Positions 1 to 8,385 of a DNA stretch of 24,000 nucleotides are shown piece by piece (position 1 is the stretch's first letter; every line of letters starts with the position of its first letter). The stretch comes from Thiohalomonadaceae bacterium. GTDB taxonomy: Bacteria > Pseudomonadota > Gammaproteobacteria > Thiohalomonadales > Thiohalomonadaceae. The notes under the pieces were generated by a model, which was not told the origin of the DNA, ran no database searches, and saw nothing but the letters and a program-made list of their open reading frames with translations. The stretch is taken from the NCBI GenBank assembly GCA_050288165.1, contig JBNKDG010000003.1, positions 109,538 to 133,537 on the forward strand. The letters run 5' to 3'. A program made the position numbers and the translations under genes.

Positions 1-260
1 TGAAGGCGATCGTTAACGCCCTTGGACAGGGCGGAGGTTTCACCTTTGCCCTGCTCTGCCTCGGTACCGTGCGCGAAATTCTCGGCAACGGCACCCTGCT
101 CGGTTTCAACCTGTTCGGCGCGTCATACCAACCTTGGGTCGTCATGGTACTGCCCGCAGGCGGCTTCTTCGTTCTCGGCACCTGGCTGCTGTTGTTCGCC
201 TGGATGCGTCAACGCAAGGAAAAACGTGCACTGCAAGCGGAGGCTGTCCGTGGCAACTGA
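1..260 (+). CDS. rnfE: Rnf electron-transport complex subunit E, C-terminal fragment (5' end lies outside the window)
   Basis: Frame 3 is open from the window edge: KAIVNALGQGGGFTFALLCLGTVREILGNGTLLGFNLFG...VLPAGGFFVLG.... This matches the conserved C-terminal membrane region of RnfE/RsxE (NqrD-related), which I recall as ...GFTLALL..GSIRELLGNGTLF.... Stop TGA is at 258-260 and rnfA follows directly. Confidence 0.8.
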   Translation, partial: KAIVNALGQGGGFTFALLCLGTVREILGNGTLLGFNLFGASYQPWVVMVLPAGGFFVLGTWLLLFAWMRQRKEKRALQAEAVRGN

Positions 261-831
261 ATCGCTCTCATTCATCTTTCTTAACGCGCTGTTGATCAAC
301 AACTTCGTGTTGAGCATGTTCCTCGGCCTCTGCCCGTTCCTCGGCGTTTCCGGCAAGCTCAACACCGCGATCCCGATGGGCCTCGCCACTGCCATGGTAA
401 TGCTGGTCAGTTCGCTCTGCGCCTGGTTCATCAATCTGGTGCTGGTGCACTTCGATATCGAATTCCTGCGCCTGATCAGCTTCATCGCGGTGATTGCCTC
501 GGCGGTACAACTGGTCGAGATGACGATGAAAAAATTCAGCCCGACCCTGTTCCGTGCGCTGGGTATTTTTCTGCCGCTGATCACCACCAACTGCGCTATT
601 CTCGGACTGGCCCTGTTCCAGACCTTCAAGGATTACAGCCTGCTGCAGTCGGTGGTCTACAGCCTCGGCGCGGGCGGCGGTTTCACTCTGGCGCTGCTGT
701 TGATGGCGGGTCTGCGTGAGCGACTCAATCTGGCCAATGTACCCAGCGTCAGTCAGGGCGCGGCGATGAGCCTGATGCTCGCCGGTATGCTTTCACTGAC
801 CTTCATGGGCTTTGCCGGAATCGGGGGCTGA
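250..831 (+). CDS. rnfA: Rnf electron-transport complex subunit A (193 aa)
   Basis: VATESLSFIFLNALLINNFVLSMFLGLCPFLGVS...LGIFLPLITTNCAILG...GLRERL...LSLTFMGFAGIGG is collinear with E. coli RsxA/RnfA (VNNFVLVKFLGLCPFMGVS, GIFLPLITTNCAVLG, AAIRERL, MSLAFMGFSG). The GTG start at 250 gives 193 aa, the E. coli length, and overlaps the rnfE stop by 11 nt. The track ORF start at 22 is an out-of-frame read through rnfE. Confidence 0.9.
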   Translation: MATESLSFIFLNALLINNFVLSMFLGLCPFLGVSGKLNTAIPMGLATAMVMLVSSLCAWFINLVLVHFDIEFLRLISFIAVIASAVQLVEMTMKKFSPTLFRALGIFLPLITTNCAILGLALFQTFKDYSLLQSVVYSLGAGGGFTLALLLMAGLRERLNLANVPSVSQGAAMSLMLAGMLSLTFMGFAGIGG

Positions 832-1034
832 TGATGATACTGAATCTGTTTATCGCCGTTTCGTCGATCCTGATATTGATGTTCGGCTGGCTAGGCGTAC
901 AACACCTGACGCGGCTTTATGCCCTGCGTCATCCTGAATTTGGCCCTCCTCGTGAAGAGGGTGGCGGCTGCGGCAAGAGCTGCGGTTGTAAAGGCGGCGG
1001 CAGTTGCCAGCGCGAAACGGAGCAACCGCAATGA
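831..1034 (+). CDS. Small Cys-rich membrane peptide (67 aa), translationally coupled to rnfA
   Basis: Its ATG at 831 shares one nucleotide with the rnfA TGA (ctGATGATGata). One N-terminal hydrophobic helix ([23 protein letters not shown]) is followed by a Gly/Cys cluster, [16 protein letters not shown]. The architecture recalls the small FeoB-associated Cys-rich membrane protein type, from memory and not verified. Calling a short ORF in GC-rich DNA is inherently less certain. Confidence 0.55.
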   Translation: MMILNLFIAVSSILILMFGWLGVQHLTRLYALRHPEFGPPREEGGGCGKSCGCKGGGSCQRETEQPQ

Positions 1035-1090
1035 ACGATTTATCCATGCAGGACCAAAAAGCAAACGCAAAGAGTAACAAGGGGATTAAC

Positions 1091-3457
1091 ATGAACGAGT
1101 ACGTTGTCGGCTTTGAATCTCTCGGGATGGGAGATGTGATGCGCGTGGGTGGCAAGAACGCTTCCCTCGGCGAAATGATCAGCAACCTCGCCGCCGCCGG
1201 CGTAAGCGTTCCCGGCGGTTTTGCCACCACCTCCAGCGCCTTCCGCGACTTTCTCAGTCAGGATCGCCTGGACGAGCGGATCAACGGCCTGCTGGCACGT
1301 CTCGATGTCGATGACGTCAACGCGCTGGTCGAAGCGGGTAAGACGATTCGTAACTGGATCATCGAAACTCCCTTCCCGGCTCCGCTGGAAGCGGCGATCC
1401 TCGCCCACTACGACGACCTGTTCAAAGATGGTGAGCACGCCGTAGCGGTTCGTTCCTCCGCCACCGCGGAAGACCTGCCGGATGCCTCCTTCGCCGGACA
1501 GCAGGAGACCTTCCTCAACATCCGTGGCAAGGAAAACGTACTGGAAGCGGTGAAACACGTATTCGCCTCGCTCTACAACGACCGCGCCATCTCCTACCGC
1601 GTACACAAAGGTTTTGAGCACGCCGAAGTGGCACTCTCTGCCGGCATCCAGCGCATGGTGCGCAGCGACATCGCGGCCAGCGGCGTTATGTTCACCCTCG
1701 ACACCGAATCCGGTTTCGGCGGCGTGGTGTTGATCACCGGCGCCTACGGTCTCGGTGAAGCGGTGGTTCAGGGCGCGGTTAACCCGGATGAGTTCTACGT
1801 GCACAAGGCGACCCTGGAAGCAGGTCGTCCTGCAGTATTGCGTCGCACTCTCGGCAGCAAGGCGATCAAGATGATTCACGACGACGCCACCAAGGTCGGT
1901 CGCACCATCAAGACCGTCGATGTCGACGAAGCGGAGCGTCTGCGATACTGCCTCAACGACAAACAGATCGAAGATCTGGCGCATCAGGCGATGCTGATCG
2001 AAAAGCACTACCAGCGCCCGATGGATATCGAATGGGCACTCGACGGCGAAGACGGCAAGCTCTACATCGTGCAGGCCCGTCCGGAAACCGTTAAGAGCCA
2101 GGATGACAAGAAAGTTGTTGAACGTTACAAACTGAAAAAGCGCGGTGACGATGTCCGTTGCACCGGTCGCGCCATCGGCGCACGCATCGGTACCGGCCCC
2201 GCCCGCGTGATCGACAACATCGCGCAGATGGATCAGGTCCAGCCCGGCGACGTACTGGTCACCGACATGACCGACCCCGATTGGGAACCGGTCATGAAGC
2301 GTGCATCGGCCATCGTCACCAACCGTGGCGGCCGTACCTGTCACGCGGCGATCATCGCCCGCGAACTGGGTATCCCGGCAGTGGTCGGTTGCGGCGACGC
2401 CACCAGCACCATCGCCAACGGCGAAGAGGTGACCGTCTCCTGTGCCGAGGGTGACACCGGCTTCATCTACGACGGCATCCTCGAATATGAAGTCACCCGC
2501 TCCGACGCCGGTGAACTGCCGAAACTGCCGGTGAAGATCATGATGAACGTCGGCAACCCGGACCGTGCTTTCGATTTTGCCAGCATTCCCAACGCGGGTG
2601 TCGGTCTGGCGCGGATGGAGTTCATCATCAACCGCATGATCGGTATCCACCCGAAAGCGCTGTTGGAGTTCGACAAGCAGAACGACGAACTGAAATCGAT
2701 CATCACCAAACAGACCGCTGCCTACGCCAGCCCGGTCGACTTCTACGTCGAGAAGATCGTCGAAGGCATCAGCACCCTCGCCGCTGCCTTCCACGGCACA
2801 CCGGTGATCGTGCGCATGTCCGATTTCAAATCGAACGAATACGCCAACCTGATCGGCGGTGAGAACTACGAGCCGCACGAAGAGAACCCGATGATCGGTT
2901 TCCGCGGTACCGCGCGTTACATCTCCGAGAGCTTCCGTCCCTGCTTCGAGCTGGAGTGTCGGGCACTGAAGAAAGTACGTGACGAGATGGGCCTCACCAA
3001 CGTCGAGATCATGGTGCCCTTCGTCCGCACCCTGGCGGAAGCGAAAGGCGTCACCGAACTGCTGGCCGCCAACGGCCTGAAACGTGGCGAAAACGGCCTG
3101 CGCATCATCATGATGTGCGAGATCCCTTCCAACGCGGTAATGGCCGACGAGTTCCTCGAATACTTCGACGGCTTCTCCATCGGTTCCAACGACATGACCC
3201 AGCTCACCCTAGGCCTAGACCGCGACTCAGGTCTGATCGCCGAATCCTTCGACGAGCGCGACCCGGCGGTATTGAAGATGCTCTCCATGGCCATCACCGC
3301 CTGCCGCAAGCAGGGCAAGTACGTCGGCATCTGCGGTCAGGGTCCTTCGGATCACCCGGACCTGGCGAAGTGGCTGCTGGAGCAACAGATCAGCAGCATC
3401 TCCCTCAACCCGGATACCGTGGTTGAGACTGGGCTGTTCCTCGCTGGCCAGAAGTAA
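1091..3457 (+). CDS. ppsA: Phosphoenolpyruvate synthase (pyruvate, water dikinase)
   Basis: [33 protein letters not shown]...[27 protein letters not shown]...[22 protein letters not shown]...[24 protein letters not shown]... is collinear with E. coli PpsA, including the catalytic His region and the PEP-utilising C-terminal domain. ATG 1091 is preceded by AAGGGGA. The upstream in-frame extension from 1004 has no homolog support. Confidence 0.97.
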   Translation: MNEYVVGFESLGMGDVMRVGGKNASLGEMISNLAAAGVSVPGGFATTSSAFRDFLSQDRLDERINGLLARLDVDDVNALVEAGKTIRNWIIETPFPAPLEAAILAHYDDLFKDGEHAVAVRSSATAEDLPDASFAGQQETFLNIRGKENVLEAVKHVFASLYNDRAISYRVHKGFEHAEVALSAGIQRMVRSDIAASGVMFTLDTESGFGGVVLITGAYGLGEAVVQGAVNPDEFYVHKATLEAGRPAVLRRTLGSKAIKMIHDDATKVGRTIKTVDVDEAERLRYCLNDKQIEDLAHQAMLIEKHYQRPMDIEWALDGEDGKLYIVQARPETVKSQDDKKVVERYKLKKRGDDVRCTGRAIGARIGTGPARVIDNIAQMDQVQPGDVLVTDMTDPDWEPVMKRASAIVTNRGGRTCHAAIIARELGIPAVVGCGDATSTIANGEEVTVSCAEGDTGFIYDGILEYEVTRSDAGELPKLPVKIMMNVGNPDRAFDFASIPNAGVGLARMEFIINRMIGIHPKALLEFDKQNDELKSIITKQTAAYASPVDFYVEKIVEGISTLAAAFHGTPVIVRMSDFKSNEYANLIGGENYEPHEENPMIGFRGTARYISESFRPCFELECRALKKVRDEMGLTNVEIMVPFVRTLAEAKGVTELLAANGLKRGENGLRIIMMCEIPSNAVMADEFLEYFDGFSIGSNDMTQLTLGLDRDSGLIAESFDERDPAVLKMLSMAITACRKQGKYVGICGQGPSDHPDLAKWLLEQQISSISLNPDTVVETGLFLAGQK

Positions 3458-3470
3458 CCGCTCTAGCAGC

Positions 3471-3508
3471 GCAAAGGGATACGCTTTTGTATCCCTTTGC
3501 TTGTTTTG
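3471..3508 (+). terminator. Rho-independent terminator downstream of ppsA
   Basis: Perfect 12-bp stem GCAAAGGGATAC (3471-3482) / GTATCCCTTTGC (3489-3500) with a 6-nt loop, followed by TTGTTTTG. Confidence 0.8.
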
Positions 3509-3541
3509 CACGATTGACGACGAACACACGGTAGTGGCATT

Positions 3542-4411
3542 GTGAACGCACGTAAGAACCTTTCACTAGTGGAGCAGCTAGGCGAGCCTGTGAAGCGATC
3601 CGTCTTCTTTCTCTCCGACCGTACCGGCATAACAGCAGAAATGCTGGGGCATAGCCTGCTTACCCAGTTCGAAGGCGTAACATTCCAGAAAACCACCCTC
3701 GCCTTTCTCGACACCCTGGACAAAGCGAACAACGCGGTGGCGCAGATCAATCAGGCAGCAGTAAGAGACGGCACCAAGCCACTGCTCTTCAGTACCCTGC
3801 TGAACGAAGAGGTGCGCGAAATCATCGACACCAGCGACGGCATGCTGTTCGATTTCTTCGATGCCTTTATCAATCCGTTGGAACTTGAACTGGGTTTGCA
3901 CTCAGCGCATGCGGTCGGTCGTTCCCACAGCATGGGACACTACTCCGACTACAAATCGCGCATCGATGCGGTTAACTTCGCCATGGGCAGCGACGACGGC
4001 AACACTTTACGTGATTATCCTGAGGCGGAAGTGATCCTGGTCGGCGTCTCCCGCTCAGGCAAAACCCCCACCAGTCTCTATCTGGCACTGCAATACGGCA
4101 TTCGCGCGGCCAACTACCCGCTTATCGAAGAGGATCTGGAATCGGATCGCCTGCCCGAATGCCTGCGTCCGCACCGCGAAAAGCTCTTCGGTCTCACCAT
4201 CGCACCAGAGCGTCTACAACAGATCCGTAGTGAACGCCGCCCCGACAGCAACTATGCCTCCGTCAAACAGTGCCGCTACGAAGTCCGCGCGGCTGAAGGC
4301 ATGTTCCGCGCCGAGAATATTCCATTCCTCGATACCAGCGCGGTCTCCATCGAGGAGATCGCCGCTACACTGCTGCAACAGACCGGACTCAAACGCCGTC
4401 TCTACGGTTGA
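3542..4411 (+). CDS. ppsR: PEP synthase regulatory protein (bifunctional kinase/pyrophosphorylase, DUF299)
   Basis: [23 protein letters not shown]...[36 protein letters not shown]...[35 protein letters not shown]...[10 protein letters not shown] is collinear with E. coli PpsR/YdiA ([42 protein letters not shown]). GTG start at 3542. Confidence 0.93.
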   Translation: [289 protein letters not shown]

Positions 4412-5334
4412 TTTTGTATGTGATAGTGCACCACATGGTATTGAGCCGTGTTCTCATCCAGATAAGAGAAGCCCACGTGCCCATCCGCACCAGCTATAAC
4501 CCTCACATAGGCGGCATAGTGGTCCTCTGATCGCTCATCCTGAAACACTACTTTCCTTGACTCCAAATCAAACAATTGAAACCGTGCACCGCCAGGTCCT
4601 CGAGTACTATAGCGTTCACCGAGTAGGATAAGAGATGTTCCCGGGACAGGTGCAATAGACTCCACCCTGTAATGACCAAGCAGGGTACTCTCCACTGGCA
4701 ACATCAGCTCACGCCTACCATCCAGAGTATGAATGAAGAGACCACCTTTGGCATGAAACAGCGTAACGTCCGCATCGAACAGTAGATAAATATTGCGCTC
4801 TGGTAGATAGCAGGTAGTATCGTAACTACCGCGCAGCTTAGTGGCCGAGCGTATGCTATCTCCGGTGTCAGGTGACCAAACTTCGAAGTTATCAAAGACC
4901 AAACCATTTGGTGTGGCGCCAACAAGTCGCGGTCCAGACTTCCAATCCGCTCCCATTCGATACCGACGCCAGCGTTCGCGGGATGAATTATCGATACCTG
5001 CGTAGGAGATGGCGGTACCAACCCCACTCGATGTTTTACCCGTACAACGACACTCATCCACACGAGGGTTCAACATTACTGTTTCTCTACCACATCGTGC
5101 CGAATTTATCTCGGCACCGTGAAACCAGGCAACAGTGCAATCACCTGCATCGGATACTCGCTCATCGTTCCAACGCAGTCGGTTTTGTGCATCGAAGTAA
5201 GGCATGTCGATGCGACCGTCCCAGGTGCGGGGTTTACTGAAACTACCAACTATCGTCACTACAGGGGGTGGCTCACTTATAGCAATTAGCGGCATGGCCG
5301 TAAGAACTACGAGCGCTATCCATGTTAGCCTCAT
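4402..5334 (-). CDS. Exported hypothetical protein (310 aa), family not recognised
   Basis: The ORF has GAGGGAAG 8-15 nt upstream of the ATG and a signal-peptide-like N-terminus (MRLTWIALVVLTAMPLIAIS/EPPP). GC is about 48-50%, against about 60% in neighbouring ppsA. Its 3' end overlaps the convergent ppsR stop by 10 nt. I see no recognisable motifs. Confidence 0.65.
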   Translation of the reverse strand: MRLTWIALVVLTAMPLIAISEPPPVVTIVGSFSKPRTWDGRIDMPYFDAQNRLRWNDERVSDAGDCTVAWFHGAEINSARCGRETVMLNPRVDECRCTGKTSSGVGTAISYAGIDNSSRERWRRYRMGADWKSGPRLVGATPNGLVFDNFEVWSPDTGDSIRSATKLRGSYDTTCYLPERNIYLLFDADVTLFHAKGGLFIHTLDGRRELMLPVESTLLGHYRVESIAPVPGTSLILLGERYSTRGPGGARFQLFDLESRKVVFQDERSEDHYAAYVRVIAGADGHVGFSYLDENTAQYHVVHYHIQNQP

Positions 5335-5705
5335 TTTTTCTTCCCTCGTAACATACGCAAGAATCGAGAAGAACTTGCATATAGGTGTCCTTATCTACCT
5401 TAGGGCTGATCTTTTCTAAAACTTGTACTAATCATAATACAAATTGCACAAGCAACACTAAGTCATGACAAATTTCTGTGTCTCACGGGCATCTGGGGAA
5501 TAACGGCTTCTATTTACGGTAGCATTCTGATGTATTGGCAATACACGTTCAACTGTAACTCATTAGGGGGTAAAACTATCTCTATTACTGATATCACTAT
5601 TCTTGGCATGCGGAATGTCTCTAAATTATATAGCGTATTATTCACAACACCTGATTATACCGTCATCACCATCTCTCGACGCTCACCCAGGATTAATTCT
5701 ACTTA

Positions 5706-7034
5706 CTACTCACTTGCCTCACACAATAGTTGAACCAGATGTCTCGCCCTACGTCCGCTCCCTTCCGCGATCTGTTCACGGCAGGAAAATCCGTTGGCCA
5801 ATAGTGGTGAATCGGCATTAGCGCGAATCGTTGGCAACAAACTATCTTCGGCCATTGCCATGGCCATCTCTGCATGTTCACTCTCCAGAGCAAAGCTACC
5901 TCCCATACCACAGCAGGACGCTTCAATAAGTTCAAAATCCAGTTTGGGAATTAGCTTCAAAACACGGCGCATCGACTTCATTGCACCGACGGCTTTCTGA
6001 TGACAGTGACCGTGTACCAGCAATTTTTCCGTGAATGGCAGCGGTTTGAGTTGAAGGTTGAAACGTCCCGCCTTCTCTTCACGAACGATAAATTCCTCAA
6101 ATAGAATTGCCTGATTCGCCACTTTCTCAGCGACTTCACCGAGATACAGCGCGCGATAATCGTCACGGATTGCCAGCAGACAGGCCGGTTCCAGTCCGAC
6201 AATACTCAAACCCGCCTCGGCGTATGGCAGCAATACCCTGAGAGTACGTTTGGCCTCGGCACGTGCCTCTTCCACCATGCCATGGGCAAGATAGCTTCTA
6301 CCGCAACAGAGCGGACGTTGTGGCTCTGACGTTTCAATATTGGGCGCCGCGACTATCACGCTGTAACCTGCACGCTCCAGCACAGTTAATGCTGCCTCGG
6401 CGATCTGCGGGTCGTAGTGATAACTGAAAGTATCGACGAACAGCACGACCGCCTGCCCCTCTATCTCAGACACGGACGGTGTAGCAAACGATTGTTCCGC
6501 GGGCAGAGGCAGTTTACGGTTGGCCGTAATGCCCATAAACCAATCCCCTAGCCATGCCAGCAACGGAATTCTGTTCCTCAACAGCACAAAATTCGTCAAC
6601 CACGGCAAACGATGTAACCAGCGTGGCGTATGGGCGAAGAGACGTGTACGAAATGAGGGCGGTTTGATCGCATGACGCTGGGCGAGGTATTCGATCTTGA
6701 TTTGCGCCATATCGACGCTGTTCTCACACTCGCGCTTGCAACCCTTGCAACCGAGACACTGATCCATTGCCTCAGCCAGTTCGGCATCATCCAACGGCAA
6801 CTCTCCGTTGAGCAATGCCTTCAACAACCGCACCCGACCGCCGGTTGAGAGATGCGGATTGTCGCTCACTCGGTAACTGGGGCACATCACTCCCTTGCCC
6901 TTCGTTTCACACTGCCGGGAGTTGATACAGACCGCCACCGCCTTGGCAAAGTCGCCGCCCTGTTTGGGGATATCGGCATAGGCGTCACCCATGCCTGATT
7001 CCTTGTAGGCTGACCAGTCGAGATAGGTTTTCAT
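5706..7034 (-). CDS. (Fe-S)-binding protein with two CCG (cysteine-rich) domains, HdrD/GlcF/GlpC-like
   Basis: Ferredoxin-type motifs CINSRQC...MCPS and CLGCKGCKRECEN are followed by CCG-type motifs (PLCCGRSY and ASCCGMGGSF). The protein corresponds to the C-terminal Fe-S half of YdiJ-type FAD/Fe-S fusion oxidoreductases. Confidence 0.85.
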   Translation of the reverse strand: MKTYLDWSAYKESGMGDAYADIPKQGGDFAKAVAVCINSRQCETKGKGVMCPSYRVSDNPHLSTGGRVRLLKALLNGELPLDDAELAEAMDQCLGCKGCKRECENSVDMAQIKIEYLAQRHAIKPPSFRTRLFAHTPRWLHRLPWLTNFVLLRNRIPLLAWLGDWFMGITANRKLPLPAEQSFATPSVSEIEGQAVVLFVDTFSYHYDPQIAEAALTVLERAGYSVIVAAPNIETSEPQRPLCCGRSYLAHGMVEEARAEAKRTLRVLLPYAEAGLSIVGLEPACLLAIRDDYRALYLGEVAEKVANQAILFEEFIVREEKAGRFNLQLKPLPFTEKLLVHGHCHQKAVGAMKSMRRVLKLIPKLDFELIEASCCGMGGSFALESEHAEMAMAMAEDSLLPTIRANADSPLLANGFSCREQIAEGSGRRARHLVQLLCEASE

Positions 7035-7236
7035 GCGTACCGCTATTCCTGCTATTGCTATGCATGCGCTACAGCAAGAGAAGTGCCAGCGCTAAACCAC
7101 ACAATATCAAAGGGTTAAGAATGGATGGGATGTCGTAAAAGCGACATTCGTGTATATAGTCGGTAGCGGCAACCGCACACCCAGGACAAAGTGCGGATTA
7201 TCGCGGCAAAGCACCCTAACTCACTGGAACACGCTC

Positions 7237-7593
7237 ATGACATACATAACCAATGCCGTCATTCTCCTGGTCGCCATCCTACACGCCTATTTTCTGGTGC
7301 TTGAGATGTTTCTCTGGGACAAACCGGCGGGAATGAAGGCTTTCGGTTTGACCAGAGAGAAGGCGGCGGCGACGAAAATCATGGCGGCAAACCAGGGACT
7401 GTATAACGGCTTTCTCGCCGCTGGTCTGGTATGTGGAGTAATTCAGGGCGCGGAAGGCACCGAGTTCAAAATATTCTTTCTCCTCTGCGTCATCATCGCC
7501 GGAATGTATGGTGCACTGACAGCCAGCAGGAAAATACTCTTCATCCAGGCATTGCCTGCTTGTATCGGCATGACACTGGTTTTGTTCTCGTAA
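7237..7593 (+). CDS. DUF1304 family small membrane protein (118 aa)
   Basis: MTYITNAVILLVAILHAYFLVLEMFLWDKP...MAANQGLYNGFLAAGL...FFLLCVIIAGMYGALT carries the EMF.W and ANQGLYNGFLAAGL signature I associate with DUF1304. The internal ATG at 7237 gives the typical length. The extension from 7150 is hydrophilic and unsupported. Confidence 0.8.
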   Translation: MTYITNAVILLVAILHAYFLVLEMFLWDKPAGMKAFGLTREKAAATKIMAANQGLYNGFLAAGLVCGVIQGAEGTEFKIFFLLCVIIAGMYGALTASRKILFIQALPACIGMTLVLFS

Positions 7594-7600
7594 CTGAAAC

Positions 7601-7630
7601 TTGACTCCATCTGCCACATCACACTATATA
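7601..7630 (+). promoter_or_regulatory. Candidate sigma70 promoter for creBC
   Basis: TTGACT (7601-7606), an 18-nt spacer, then TATATA (7625-7630), about 70 nt upstream of the creB ATG. A 7-bp inverted repeat GGTCTTG/CAAGACC (7641-7665) lies in the predicted leader. Confidence 0.3.
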
Positions 7631-7698
7631 AGGCCAATCCGGTCTTGCCGTGAGACATCAAGACCATCCACCCATTTTTCTGCGCTCGGCAAAACAAA

Positions 7699-8385
7699 AT
7701 GCAGACAATTCTGTTGATTGAGGACGAAGCTGCGATTGCAGACACGGTGCTCTACGCCCTGCGTAGTGAGGGGTTCTCCACCGAATGGCATCGTGTAGGT
7801 GGAGAGGGTATCGACTGGCTCCGTCGTCACCCGGAAACCTCTCTACTGATACTGGATGTCGGCCTGCCAGACGGAAACGGTTTTGAATTCTGTAAGACCA
7901 TTCGCAAGTTCTCCACCATCCCGATCATCTTTCTCACCGCGCGCAGCGACGAGGTGGACCGCATCGTCGGACTGGAGATTGGCGGAGACGATTACGTCAC
8001 CAAACCGTTCAGTCCGCGTGAGCTTGCGGCACGGGTTAAAACCATCCTGAAGCGGGTCGCACCGCAAAAAGGTGCAACGAACCCATCCCTGTTTGAGATT
8101 GATAGCGCACGCGCCCGTATCCGCTATCATCTGGTATGGCTCGATTTGACGCGCTATGAATACCGGCTGCTGCAGACCCTCCTCGAGCAACCGGAACGCA
8201 TTTTCTCACGCGAGCAGATACTGGAACGGGTTTGGAACGAACCCGGCGAAAGCCTAGACCGTGTGGTCGACACCCACATCAAAACCATACGCGCCAAACT
8301 GCGTGACGTTGATAGTGAAAACGATCCCATCAAGACCCATCGCGGAATGGGTTACAGCATCAGCGGTTCGGTAAGTGAATCTTAG
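7699..8385 (+). CDS. creB: OmpR-family two-component response regulator, CreB-like
   Basis: [21 protein letters not shown]...[16 protein letters not shown]...[45 protein letters not shown]...[13 protein letters not shown]...THRGMGYS aligns along its full length with E. coli CreB ([60 protein letters not shown]). creC and creD lie downstream. Confidence 0.85.
   Translation: [228 protein letters not shown]

Noticed and set aside
22-249. N-terminal extension of the rnfA ORF (track start at 22)
   Set aside because: This segment is read out of frame through the rnfE coding region and gives a Cys/Ser/Ala-rich sequence with no RnfA homology. RnfA homology begins at the GTG at 250, which gives the canonical 193 aa.
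285-300. TTGATCAACAA, resembling an Fnr/Crp half-palindrome
   Set aside because: It lies inside the rnfA coding sequence, where it encodes the conserved LINNF motif, so it is not in a promoter context.
1004-1090. Upstream extension of ppsA from ATG 1004
   Set aside because: It overlaps the end of the small Cys-rich ORF and has no counterpart in PpsA homologs. ATG 1091 has a good SD and aligns with the E. coli N-terminus.
1040-2878. 612-aa ORF antisense to ppsA
   Set aside because: It lies entirely inside the strongly supported ppsA gene. The translation is Val/Asp/Gly/His-rich low-complexity sequence typical of antisense frames in GC-rich genes. It has no RBS and no recognisable motifs.
5530-5935. 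Small ORFs (5530-5733 +, 5603-5821 +, 5699-5935 -) in and beside the AT-rich spacer
   Set aside because: They have no RBS and implausible composition. Two of them overlap the 3' end of the Fe-S protein gene, and they are most likely chance ORFs.
7150-7236. 29-codon upstream extension of the DUF1304 ORF
   Set aside because: The extension is hydrophilic and Arg/Gly-rich and has no family support. ATG 7237 gives the typical ~118-aa four-helix membrane protein.
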